DNA from: Schmidtea polychroa
Taxonomy: Eukaryota
Assembly (NCBI GenBank): GCA_044892525.1
Contig: CM097885.1
Location: 32,366,001 to 32,430,000 of the forward strand
DNA length: 64,000 nucleotides
Direction of reading: 5' to 3'
Part shown: positions 38,801 to 50,025 of the stretch, piece by piece
Position numbering within the stretch: position 1 is the first letter of the stretch
Layout of the letters: each line of letters opens with the position of its first letter
Program-made: the position numbers and the translations under genes
The notes under the pieces: generated by a model
The model's input: the letters and a program-made list of their open reading frames with translations, nothing else
What the model was told of the DNA's origin: nothing
The model's database searches: none

Positions 38801-40756
38801 CAATAGTGAAAAAATAATCTGGACTGAGGAATGTGAGAAAGCTTTCGAAGAAATGAAAATGGCGTTGACTACAGCGCCAATTCTCGTATTTCCAGATTTC
38901 AAGAAAGAATTCATATTAGATACAGACGCAAGCTTTGATACAATTGGAGCTGTATTATCACAAAGAGATGAAATGGGGCATGAACACGTTATTGCATATG
39001 GATCCCATGCAATGAGTAGCCATGAAAGAGGATATTGTATAACACGAAAAGAGCTTTTGGCTATATATTATATCTGTCGCCATTTCAACCATTATTTATA
39101 CGGTAAACGGTTTGTTTTGCGCACTGATCATAAAGCAATAACTTTTATGTTAACGACAAAGAAGCCGATAACAGCACAGTTCCAAACGTGGATAAATTAC
39201 TTGAGCAGTTTAGACATAAAAATGGAGTTCAGAAAAGGTACGGCGCATACGAATGCAGATATGCTGTCTAGAAACACATGCGGCAAATGTGTACAATGTT
39301 TGATGGACCATGATAACCCCAAATCAGGGCGATTAAAAACTAGATTGTTAACATTGATGACCGAAAATAATGGAAATGAATGGCAAAGAGATAATGCAGA
39401 AATACAAGATATAAAAGATCAAATAAATGAAAGGAAAAATAATAAATATATGTTAAAAGGAAATATTATCTATACCAATCAAAACAAAATATGGATACCA
39501 GAAACAAAAAGACGAGAAATGATTAAGGAAACACATTTATTATTATGCCACGCAGGAGTAGAAAAAGTTATGAAATATATTAGGAACAATTTTGATATGG
39601 AAGATTTGCTAAATGAAGTAAAAGAGACTATTTCAATATGTGAAGCATGTCAGAAAAACAAAGTTTTAACTACAGAGTCAAAAGAAAAAAAGTAATTCAA
39701 GCTTCAGAACCTATGGAGAAAATATACATGGATATTTGCGGTCCATTAAGAGAAACCTTTAGAGGAGAAAATATATTTGTGCAATAATCGATCGTTACAG
39801 TAAATAAATATCTCTAACTCCTATTAGAAAGCAAGATGAAAATACAATAAAGGCAGTTCTGTTAAATAATTGGATATTGAAATTTGGAGCCCCGAAGGAA
39901 TTACATGTTGATTGTGGAAAGAATTTCGAAGCAAATAGTATTAAAGAACTAGCAAGGGCAGCAGGAATTGAGTTGATATTTTCGAGTCCGTATCATCATA
40001 ATACTAATGGTGTAATTGAAGGACAATTTCGTACTATAAGAAACTACATTAACGCGTCACTCAGAGAAGGAGTTAAAAAAAGCTGGGCAGAATTAATACC
40101 TGATATAGAATACGTTTTAAATGCGACAGATCAAAAAACTGCTGGAGTGAGTCCAGCAGAAATTATATTTGGAAGAAAGATTAATAGATCGCAATGGCAT
40201 AGTAATAATGAAGGGGATAGAAAAGAAATCATGCGGAAATTAGAGGTTAAAAGACAGCAAGCGAAAGAAATTGGCACAACTAGGAAATTAGAAGTGGGGG
40301 ACAAAGTATTGGTGAAACAAGAAATTAGAAACAAAGAACACGAGAGATATGAAAGACCATACACAGTAATTAAACAAAATCATGAAAGAAGTTACTTATT
40401 AACAGACGAAAACGGGAGGAAAATGACGAGGAATATAGAAAGGTTAAAGCATTTTAAAGAAGGGGGATGTAAGGAGTTAGTAAACCTCTATATAAAATTC
40501 TTATGGTTAAATGGTAGAAGTGAGATCAGTTAGTAGAAATGATTATTTCTGTTAAATTTTTATATTTAAATTCTATATTAAATTATATCATATTATATTA
40601 AATTATATTAAATTAAATCAATTAAATGTATGACCATTAATTACATCAATATTAATATTTATCACCTTTGTTTAATTACGCTAGTAAACGGCACAATTTT
40701 GAAGTTGTTATAAAAATAAATGCTTGAAGGTGATTTGAATTTAATTGCGTCTAACA
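35839..40756 (+). mobile_element. Full-length but decayed Ty3/Gypsy element nested in the Maverick
   Basis: LTRs 35839-36131 and 40468-40756 (TG...CA); PBS TGGCGACCAC (tRNA-Arg-like); PPT AAAGAAGGGGGA; TSD TTATT/TTAAT. Confidence 0.93.
36131..40533 (+). pseudogene. Disrupted gag-pol (CCHC gag, protease, RT, RNase H, integrase)
   Basis: CWTCKKTGHVSREC, LLDTGA, YLDD, TDAS and SPYHHNTNGVIE motifs in successive ORF fragments; many frameshifts and stops. Confidence 0.92.
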
Positions 40757-40787
40757 TTAATATTATTATTTTCAAAGTTTTAATCAA

Positions 40788-40849
<62 letters not shown>

Positions 40850-40906
40850 ATCACAATCATTTTGTAGTAGTATAAATAAAACAATATATTTTAAATTACT
40901 GTAGAA

Positions 40907-41414
40907 ATGTCGCAATCTAATTTTTTCGACAACTTGCTAAATGAGCTCGTCAATACAAGTATCACGGAAAGTCTCAGTTGCCTAATTAATCGGACTGAAG
41001 AAATCATCGAGGGGAATCATATTGATTACCAGAACGTGCTGGATATGGTGTCTGGAGACGAAAATGTTTTACTTCAATAGAATCTTCAATTGTCTATTCG
41101 ATGACGAAATGAAGTGGACCCGAATAATTGTAGGGTTCACTTATATGAAAATTATAATTGAAAAGATTTCATGTGACTCAGAACGCTATTATCAGTGGTC
41201 TCAAGATGTAAGATTTTTAAAATCTATATATTTTAATAATATTCATTTCTAGATAATCAAGTCCAAGTTTACTCCATGGATAGAAGCCAATGGCGGATGG
41301 GGTGTATTAAATCAACTAGCCCGCAATGCTAAAGAAACTGACGAAATCAAAAGAAAAATGAAAAACTATTTAAAACTTGCAACTGGAGTTGTTATAATGT
41401 ATATTTTTTTGTAG
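40907..41414 (+). pseudogene. Bcl-2-family protein (Maverick cargo); one intron and one frameshift
   Basis: BH1-like FNRIFNCLFDDEMKWTRIIVGFTY; GT-AG intron 41208-41252; BH2 PWIEANGGW; C-terminal hydrophobic tail LATGVVIMYIFL; 1-nt frameshift near 41062; TATAAATA at 40871 and AATAAA at 41422. Confidence 0.8.
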
Positions 41415-41472
41415 ATATATGAATAAAAATTAATGTTATTGTTTTTAATAGTATATTTAAATGAAAATAATT

Positions 41473-41830
41473 CAATTTAAAAATTTATTAACACATTCGC
41501 AATCATCATCTTCACATTTCATTACATTTTCGACGACATGATCTACACATTCGTTGTACTCATTCGTAATATTTTCCGTATCTTTAGGTTCATCTATAGG
41601 TTCATAGATTTCCTCATCAATTTTTTTGGTATCGGTTTCTTGAGTATCAGTTTCTTCCTGATCATCAAATCCTGAATCTTGAATCTCAACTACCCAGCCG
41701 ATATTTAATGCATTTGCAACTGATAATATATCCTCAATTTTTACACCAGCTATTTCTGCAAAAATTGATTACAAATTCTAAATAATAAATAATTCGGAAA
41801 TTAATTAATCATGTTAACCTTTCTGCAGTC
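41473..41830 (-). CDS. Acidic orphan protein exon (Maverick cargo); 5' structure uncertain
   Basis: Open minus frame EIAGVKIEDILSVANALNIGWVVEIQDSGFDDQEETD...CEDDDCECVNKFLN* preceded by a TTTTTGCAG acceptor; missed by the ORF track. Confidence 0.45.
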
Positions 41831-41967
41831 ATTTTTATCACTTTAAAACTATATTATAAGTTTGTTTATAGATTTCTTTGTTAAATTTGAATGTCATTTG
41901 CATTGATGTTGCAATTTCTTTGTTAATAAAGAGAAAAACAAATATGACTAATACATTAAATACAACA

Positions 41968-42380
41968 TTAAAATAGTTGTGAAAGTCTAGCAGACATAAT
42001 TTTCCAAATTGGAGAATACACATCATTATTATCAACTTTATATCCCTGGATTGCAATTGTTATATACCAATTTTCATTTTCTTTGAAACTGATTTCATCA
42101 AAAGCATCGTAAAATCTTGCATATCTGTTGTTGAACCATGCATGTTGATTACATGCTAGATTTGAATCTATCCGTTTGAAAACATCATCAATAGTTTTAA
42201 CATCTATCATTGAAAGAGTGCCGGATAAGAATTGAAATTCAGTTGGAATTAGCTTTACCGGTGCAACCAATTTCATATTGATTTCTTCTTTCAAAAAAAA
42301 ATTTTGTAGTTGTGGAACATTTGAACCGGTTGTACAAGTTCTTCTTTAGGGTTTTCGATTCTTGAAATTTTCTTGGTCAT
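41968..42380 (-). CDS. Maverick cargo protein, possibly an OB-fold ssDNA-binding protein; 1-nt frameshift in a T9 run
   Basis: ATG at 42380 joins ORF 41968-42294 if one T is added at 42293-42301; C-terminal ITIAIQGYKV...YSPIWKI beta pattern; TATAAAAA ~33 nt upstream. Confidence 0.5.
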
Positions 42381-42694
42381 AGTGAATAATGATTAAAATG
42401 AAATGTTACAGGGTTTTTATACCTTTGACTTATGCATATCAACCAATGAGATTATAGCATGTCTTTGTTTAAATTGCATTCAAAATGCATTGATGTTGCA
42501 TTAATGTGTCATATTATTAATGTTTTATTATTACTATTCTCAAATCATTATTATTATTACCATTATTAATATTACTATTTATATTACTATTATTATTATT
42601 ACTATTCTCAAATTATTACTATTTATATTACTATTATTTGAAATATATAAAAGAAAAAACAATAAAAACACAATAAAAACATTTATTAATACAA

Positions 42695-43104
42695 TCACCC
42701 GAGATCTACAACTCGAGAATATTGAAACCTTCTGAGAGTTTTCACTAATTCCAACTCAACATATCGCCGATAACGATCGGCACAGCAAGAGCATTCGATG
42801 ATGCATTGGTATTCCGGTTCCATATCTTTCTGTCGTCTATCTATCGTAATGTCCCACAGGAATTGATGGAACACTTCTAATATCCTGATTTGGGTTGCAT
42901 AAAATACGAGATCTGGAATAATCTCATGTTCACGGTCATTGAGAATTTCATTTAGTTGGGGGTAAAAATACTTGAGTCGATTTAACATGACTTCGGAATA
43001 TTTATCTGAAAATAAAGACTATAAAAATGAAAATAATAAATTTAAAATTTACCATTATTATCGATTTCTTTCATCAAACGAGCGGCGCTTGAATTTTTAT
43101 ACAT
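42695..43104 (-). CDS. Two-exon orphan protein (Maverick cargo) with a Cys cluster
   Basis: Exon 1 MYKNSSAARLMKEIDNN splices over a GT-AG intron (43006-43052) in frame into DKYSEVMLNRLKYF...QCIIECSCCADRY. Confidence 0.6.
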
Positions 43105-43174
43105 TTTTTAAAATGACATCTTAACAAAAAACAGTTTGTTTAAAACAAACATAAACCAATTAGAAATTAACCAA

Positions 43175-43612
43175 TTAAAAATTGACCAATGAAAATATCT
43201 CATCCCTAACATTGTTAACAAATTCTCTATCCTCCAAATTTCTCAACCCCAGCATGACAACCTTTCCACTAGCAAACACATTGATACATATAGGGTTATA
43301 TTTTAATAGACCTAGTGCCGGAAACAATTCCGGTTCAAACATACAATCACATTTTCTCGACATGTTTTATAGATTGATACTATGTCCCATATCCATAGTA
43401 ACGGTAATTGATTGGATTTTAATATTATTTATTCTATATTGTAATTTATTAATATCCAAGGGTTTTTTACATCCCATGATTCTACATTTACCTGTCTTGA
43501 AAAATATTATCGGATATTTTTCGCTTCTAACGATAATTTGCTGGGGTTTTCCTGGTGGGAACCTCATATTCGATACATCAAAATTTCCTCGATAATTTAT
43601 ATTTGTTAACAT
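43175..43612 (-). pseudogene. Divergent TATA-binding protein (TBP)-like gene (Maverick cargo) with one in-frame stop
   Basis: ORFs 43367-43612 and 43175-43363 are in one frame; IIFFKTGKCRIMGCK, KIQSITVTMDMGHSINL, FEPELFPAL and INVFASGKVVMLG align with TBP ALIFSSGKMVCTGAK, KIQNMVGSCDVKFPIRL, YEPELFPGL and LLIFVSGKVVLTG. Confidence 0.88.
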
Positions 43613-43617
43613 TATTA

Positions 43618-45319
43618 CCGTAATTATCCGAATATAAGACGCATCATTAAAAATTGACTGAATTCAAGAAAATATAAGTAACCCAAATATAAGACGCATG
43701 TATAACTATTACATTAAATTTATATTACATTAAATTTATATTACATTAAATTTATTTTTTGTTTAAAATTAAAATTTCAGTTACTTAAATTTAAATTTTT
43801 ATTTCCCTATAATGTCTTCTAAACGCTGCAGTTATACGACAGGTTTCAAATTGAAGGTAATTGAAGCAGCCGAACGTATCGGAAATAGAGGAGCATCTAG
43901 AGAATATGGACTCAGTGAAGCTAATGTAAGGCATTGGAGAAATAATAAAAATACTTTAAAAGAGTGCAGATCCTCTACAAAGGCCCCTGGCAGAGGGAGG
44001 AAATTCTTTTTTCCTGACGTGGAGAAAAAATTAGTTGAATATGTTCATAAAAGGCGATTTTCAGGTTCCTCAATATCCACTGTAGAAGTTAGATTGAAGG
44101 CTTTAGAGTTAGTCAAGGAGATGTATCCTGGTTCAATATTTAAAGCCTCGGCGCGCTGGTGCCAGCTCTTCATGAAAAGGAATGATATTTCTATAAGAAG
44201 AAGGACTTCAATTGCACAGCGACTGCCGGATGATGTAGAAAATAAGCTGCTCGACTATCAGAAATATATAATAAATTTAAGGAAAAGGCATGAATATCCA
44301 ATTAGTTGCATAGCAAATGGGGATCAGACTCCACTAAGTTTTGATATACCTTCATTTCAGACATTGGATTTCAAAGGAGTCAAGTCCGTACCTATTAAAA
44401 CTACAGGCAACGAAAAGAATCGGTTTACAGTTATGTTGGGAGCTTATGGTGACGGCAAGAAGATGCCACCTTATGTAATTTTTAAAAGAAAATCTTTACC
44501 AAAGAACATTCATTGGCCAGCTGGTATGATTGTTAAAGCACAAGAAAATGGATGGATGAATGAGGAGTTGACTAAGGATTGGATTAAGACTATTTGGTGT
44601 AATGATAGAACAGATGAATTTCGAAATTCAAGGAGGTTACTGGTATTAGACGCATTTAGATGCCACCGTATGCCATGCGTAAAGGAAATTTTGGCAAAAA
44701 ACAAAACAGATCTTGTGATTATTCCTGGAGGGATGACCGGGCAACTCCAAGTTATGGATGTAGTTTGGAATAGGCCATTTAAACAAGAGATGCGAAAGAG
44801 ATGGAATGAGTGGTTTTTTTCTGGAGCTCCATCATTTACTGCTTCTGGAAACAGACGAAAGGTTGATTTAGAAACTATTTGCAAATGGATTCAATTATCA
44901 TGGGATGCAGTTAGTGAGGCAATTATTATCAAATGATTCAAGAAATGTTGTTTGAGTAATGCTATGGATGGATCAGAAGACGATGTTATTTGGCAGGACG
45001 ATATATCTGATGTAGGGAATGAGGATGATGATATGGAAAATGAATTAATGTTTGAAGAAGTGGACGAGTCCATTGAGATTGAGAATTTGATAAAAAGTGA
45101 AGATGAAAATAATGATCTCTGTAATGAAAAAAACATTCTGTAACTAATAAAGAAATATTTTGTATTAATTTATGCTTTATTTCCCTTGCCCATACCGGGT
45201 TTTCAGAAAATTTTCTGAGTAGGAAAAAATATTTCCTGTTATACCCATGTATAAGACGCACCACGATTATCATCCCCAAAAGTGATGAAAAAAAGCGTCT
45301 TATATTCGGATAATTACGG
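43618..45319 (+). mobile_element. pogo/Tigger-family DNA transposon nested in the Maverick
   Basis: Perfect 25-bp TIR CCGTAATTATCCGAATATAAGACGC; TA on both sides. Confidence 0.95.
43812..45143 (+). pseudogene. pogo transposase (Brinker-like HTH, CENP-B HTH, DDE_1) with one premature stop
   Basis: ANGDQTP, LVLDAF and LQVMDV catalytic motifs; TGA at 44934-44936 precedes in-frame FKKCCLSNAMDGSEDD. Confidence 0.92.
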
Positions 45320-45407
45320 TAAATCATTTATGAAAATTACTCTTTATATACAATTTTAGTACCAGTTCATTAAATATAAACAAATACATACTTTTATAAA
45401 ATTTAAA

Positions 45408-46026
45408 ATGGAATTAAGAAATGATGCAGTATACCAAATCGTTGTTCCGAGTGGTAGTGGAAAAAATATTATTTGTTTGCACATTACTAAAATCAAATTT
45501 ATTCCAAACAAAATTCAACAGGATTTATTGGCATCAAGTTGCTGATGAAGAACGTGGATTGACGCAATCAAGTTTCTGTAAATTAAAAAACATGAAAATA
45601 GTAAAGGGATTTGATAAAAACTGGTCCAGTCGGTTAAAGAACGGCGATGTCATCATTATCGATGATTTGTACCAAGAAGCTAATAAAGAAAAAGATTTTA
45701 ATAATTTATTCACAAAAATCAGTAGACATGTCGGTGTAACAGTTATTTTCATAACACAAAATCTATTTCATCAAGGTGGAGCACATCGAACACGTAATTT
45801 AAATGTACAATATTTAGTTATTTTCAAGAACCCTAGAGATGCAACTGTGATTGATTTTCTTACACGTCAAGCATACCCTAACAATCGTAATTTTCTTATC
45901 GGCGCATTTCAAGATACTACAAAAATACCTCATGGATATATATTTTTTGATTTCACGCAACAATGTCCCGATGATTTGCGAGTAAAAACGGATATTTTCA
46001 ACCCAAAAGGTGCCATAGTTTATTAA
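45408..46026 (+). pseudogene. Maverick/Polinton A32-like DNA packaging ATPase, frameshifted after Walker A
   Basis: MELRNDAVYQIVVPSGSGK (Walker A), VIIIDD (Walker B), SRH, ITQNLF and IFKNPRD motifs; 1-nt shift in the A-run at ~45462. Confidence 0.9.
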
Positions 46027-46187
46027 CATAGTTGAAAACCTCTATGAATAATAATGTTTTTAAAAGCAAGGGTGAAAAATATTAGGAAATTAAGAAAAAG
46101 TATTAGAAAGAGTATTAAGTTCCAAAGGTTCCACCAACAACTAGTTATACACCATCTAAAAAGCTTGTTTCTGAAAATTTCTCTGCT

Positions 46188-46650
46188 ATGAATCTCATTT
46201 CAATGCCCATTAATTCATCCAGACAATCAAGCCAGCAAATTCATGTTCAATCTCCAGATTCCTATTTTTTTAAATGGTGACTGGGAAGTTGCACTGCAAG
46301 ATTTTACATTCGTGTACAACACATTCCCATTTTATAGTCAATGTAAAATTGATTTCAAAAGCAATATTGTGAAAACATGTAGCGGTATCTTTGTTATCAG
46401 TAATTTTGATAAAACATATCATATTCCAAATCAAATATTAGATCCGCATTGCTATATGTTTTACAAGGATGGATTAAATATCAGTTGTGATTTAAACTAT
46501 TTACAATAACATTCGAAACTATTGAAGATGCCAAACGAATGGGCTGCAATAAGTTGAAAAATATTATTACGGAAACCGAGTATTTATTACGTTTTGATCT
46601 ATTTGAAGCAAACATTGTAGTGAAAGAAGAAATCAAAATATTTGTGTATA
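46188..46650 (+). pseudogene. Maverick minor capsid (penton)-like N-terminal fragment
   Basis: HPDNQASKFMFNLQIPIFLNGDWEVALQDF matches the NxxSxFxxxL..I.L.G.WEVAL penton pattern; truncated against the right TIR. Confidence 0.7.
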
Positions 46651-46669
46651 TTTATTTATATTATTATAT

Positions 46670-46991
46670 TATACCATCTTCCGCGCGGGCGTTAATATCT
46701 TCACAAGTCATAATGATAAAAATAGTAATTATATATCAGTAGATAGATCTTGCGCTGGGCCTTAAAATGAGCTATCGTTTAATAAATTCGGATGATCGGA
46801 AAACTAACTTGTTGCATGACCACAAGTAGGGCACCGCTGGAACAAAGACATTATTTTTGGAAATATCAATATTTAACTATGAGTCTTTGTTCCAGCGGTG
46901 CCCTTTTTTTTGATGAGTCATCGGATGACTCATTGCCTTTGTTCTAAAAGATTTTTATGTCTTTGTTCCAGCGGTGTCCCATTCATCTACT
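46670..46991 (-). repeat. Maverick right TIR
   Basis: Inverted copy of the left TIR ending CATCTACT. Confidence 0.9.
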
Positions 46992-47919
46992 GCTTTTGTC
47001 TCATGGTCCTTTTTGTATGTTATTGATGTTGTTTTATAAGCAAAATAGATTATAATTCAAATTCAGCATAATACCAAAAAATTTCACAAAGTATCCTTGG
47101 TATTTCACTTCTGATTACACATAGGTTTATCCTTTACGTTTTGGTTTATCGAGATAAAATAAAGTCTCATTTGTTCATTCTTTGCTGATTACTTCTGCCT
47201 TGTCAAGCTCTGAGTGAAAAACTGTCATTTTTTATATTTATCCATTCCAAAGATTGTTCAATTGTTTCCTCTGTGTTCTTGATTTTGGTGCGGATAGTCT
47301 CTGTTAAGTCTACGATTACATAATTGGTAAATATTTCCAATGCTCTATCCAAACATTGCATATTGTCAAAGCACATAAAAATTTGCATCTATATTATGAA
47401 ATAATCATTAATTATTTTAAATATTTCTATAATATAGATGTTATTATTCTGTAGTATTGTGTGCTTTGCAAAATATGTAAGTATTGCCATGTTCAAGTCA
47501 CATATGATAAATGGGTAAACTCTCAAAATCTCTATTAGTATGAAGTCTATTGAAAACAGAATGAACCGATTCATTGACATCTGATCTTTCTTTAATGCTT
47601 GTATTATTCTGATATTCTTGTTACGATTGGATCCACATTCATTGTTTGAATCTCCTATTTTAATTCCCACTGACCTTGGACATTTCTTTTTAGTTAAAGT
47701 TTTTGATGAAGACTAGTTAAATAATGTCAAATCATATTTTAAAGATTTTAAATGAAAGAGTGCATGAAAACTATTTTAATTTGCGTTAACAAGTTCTATC
47801 AATTCAGAATACAATGAACTCGATTTTTGATGAATAATTCAAAGTTTTGTTGCATGTTCCAGGATACAAATTGTGAATAATAGCGCTGTATTAATAATTG
47901 CGTTTGCACCAATAGGTGT

Positions 47920-48000
47920 GAGTCGCCACCAGGTACCGGGTCGCAGAAAAATTTTAAAATCTCGTACCGGGCCGCGGTCAAAAAAGTTTAGGAAACGCTG
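47920..48000. mobile_element. Right end of a hAT (Charlie-like) element
   Basis: GTACCGGGCCGCGGTCAAAAAAGTTTAGGAAACGCTG resembles hAT-Charlie termini; no partner end found. Confidence 0.4.
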
Positions 48001-48496
48001 GATTATGCAATGGTGAAAAGGTAAAAACACTTTGATTACAAGTTCAGTTAAGATTTAAAATATTTGCATCTAATAGAATGTTCTGAAAATTGCATCTAAA
48101 AATTGCACCTGAATTATTATTAATTATCAATTATTATTAATATAATAACAATATTATTATTATTATTATTATTATAATTACAAACATCAATGGTTTCATT
48201 GTAAATAGTTTATCAAACACATTTCTACGTCAGTATTACTGGAAGTACTTTAATATATTTTCTTTCCATCATTTCCCTAGAAACTATAATTGTCAAGATA
48301 ACAGTAATTGGAAATTAACTAGATATATTATAATCATAGCCTTTTTATACTCCAGTAGAATATAATGTTTATTTATTTTAATATATTTTTATTGTTTATT
48401 TTAACTAATTAGAACTTCGTTAATTTCCTTTAAATTTTAAAATTAATTCTTAATTAGTTTTAATTTTAATTTATTTAATTTATTTAATCATAATAT

Positions 48497-48554
<58 letters not shown>

Positions 48555-49849
48555 TTTAATAATAAACATGAAACCTGATATATTTTAATTGATGTTCTTT
48601 AATTCACATTTGATTTTCTATCTCAATATCCTTTATCTTATATCAACCGTAGTCAAAATAAATTAAACATCTTACTAGCATTACAAGATTTGTTAAGAAA
48701 GAATATGACTTGAAATAATATGCTTTTTAATAAAGAATTTAAAATGAAAATGGGATTTTATTATTATGTGAAAATTAATTAATTGTATCAAATTTACCAT
48801 CATGTGAGAAACATATTTATATAATTTTCTAAAATAAACGATATTCTGGGTTAGCAAATAGTTTCGACAAGAAGCAATTATAAGATGCGTTCATTAACAA
48901 AGTAATATAAACCAGAAGTAATATGAACAAAATATTTTATTTGTCAACAAAAATATTATGTTAAATAAATAAAATGATCATTTCCTGTATGTTATAGGCA
49001 ATTAATAAATATTTTATATAAATGCATGACCATTAGGAGTAAAATTTAACAAAAATCATAGACAATTTAATTATATTAGCCTAAAATACAATGTCATTAG
49101 AAGTAACCTGTAACAAATGTCAAAAGTAATCAATGTATATTTGTTAGAAATGCATTGATATTTAAAATAAAATTTCATAAATTCTTAGTAAAAACAGTCA
49201 TTTGAATATTATTTAGCAACTTAATAGGATATTTATGAATATTTGAGAGAAATACATCGCTGGCTAGAAAATCATTTAACAAATTCTTACGTAATGTATT
49301 TAGAAGTACATGGTATCTCTCAAGCAACATTCTGAAATTCGTAGACAATTTAGTTAGAAATATATGGTTATTCAGAGTAAGATTTCACAAAATCTTCTGT
49401 CAATGGAATAATTTTTCTTTTTTTCCTTTCCATTTCCTTTATTCCTTTATTTAATATTTTTTTAAAGTTTTCTCGTCTAATTTTTAAAATATCTTTTTTG
49501 CGGCATGTAAGAAATGATCAAGGAAGCAATTTCATATTTAAAAATTTGTTTTAACCCTCTTACTAAGTTTTTCTTTTAATTTTATATGTTATGTTTAAAG
49601 CAATTTTATTTTTTTATTTTTTTATTTTTTTACCCCTCAAGTTGACAACGAAGTTAGTAATTAAATTTAATTATATATTTTTTAGAAAAAACCATTTTTT
49701 AAATAAATCAAAATTATTAAGATAATTATTGTTGGTACTATTAAAAGTGATTCTTAATTAGAGTCCCCTTAATAATTTATCAACTTTAAAATATTGTAAT
49801 TGGTATAAGTTTTATAAGAACTTTTCAATTTCACCACTGATTATTTTTT

Positions 49850-50025
49850 CCATTGAATTTAATAAAAAGAAAGCTTGAAGACTATAAATGAGTAATATAT
49901 CGATGTTTTTTATACTCACGCATTTTCACTTGAAAAAGGCAGTGCCGAAAATTCGTGAGTATCAAAAAACATCGATATATTACTCATTTATAGTCTTCAA
50001 GCTCTCTTTTTAATAAATTCAATGG
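49850..50025. repeat. Long imperfect palindrome (foldback-type repeat)
   Basis: ~75-bp inverted arms CCATTGAATTTA...AGCTTGAAGACTATAAATGAGTAATATATCGATGTTTTTT / reverse complement. Confidence 0.8.

Larger units (their letters stand above)
35445..46991. mobile_element. Internally deleted Maverick/Polinton with cargo genes and two nested TEs
   Basis: AGTAGATG...CATCTACT termini; long TIRs; 6-bp TSD GCCTTT/GCTTTT (5/6); packaging ATPase and penton-like genes inside. Confidence 0.9.

Noticed and set aside
43175..43612. Interpretation as the host's own TBP gene
   Set aside because: Lies inside Maverick TIRs, has a shortened first repeat and an in-frame stop, and is far more divergent than expected for a cellular TBP
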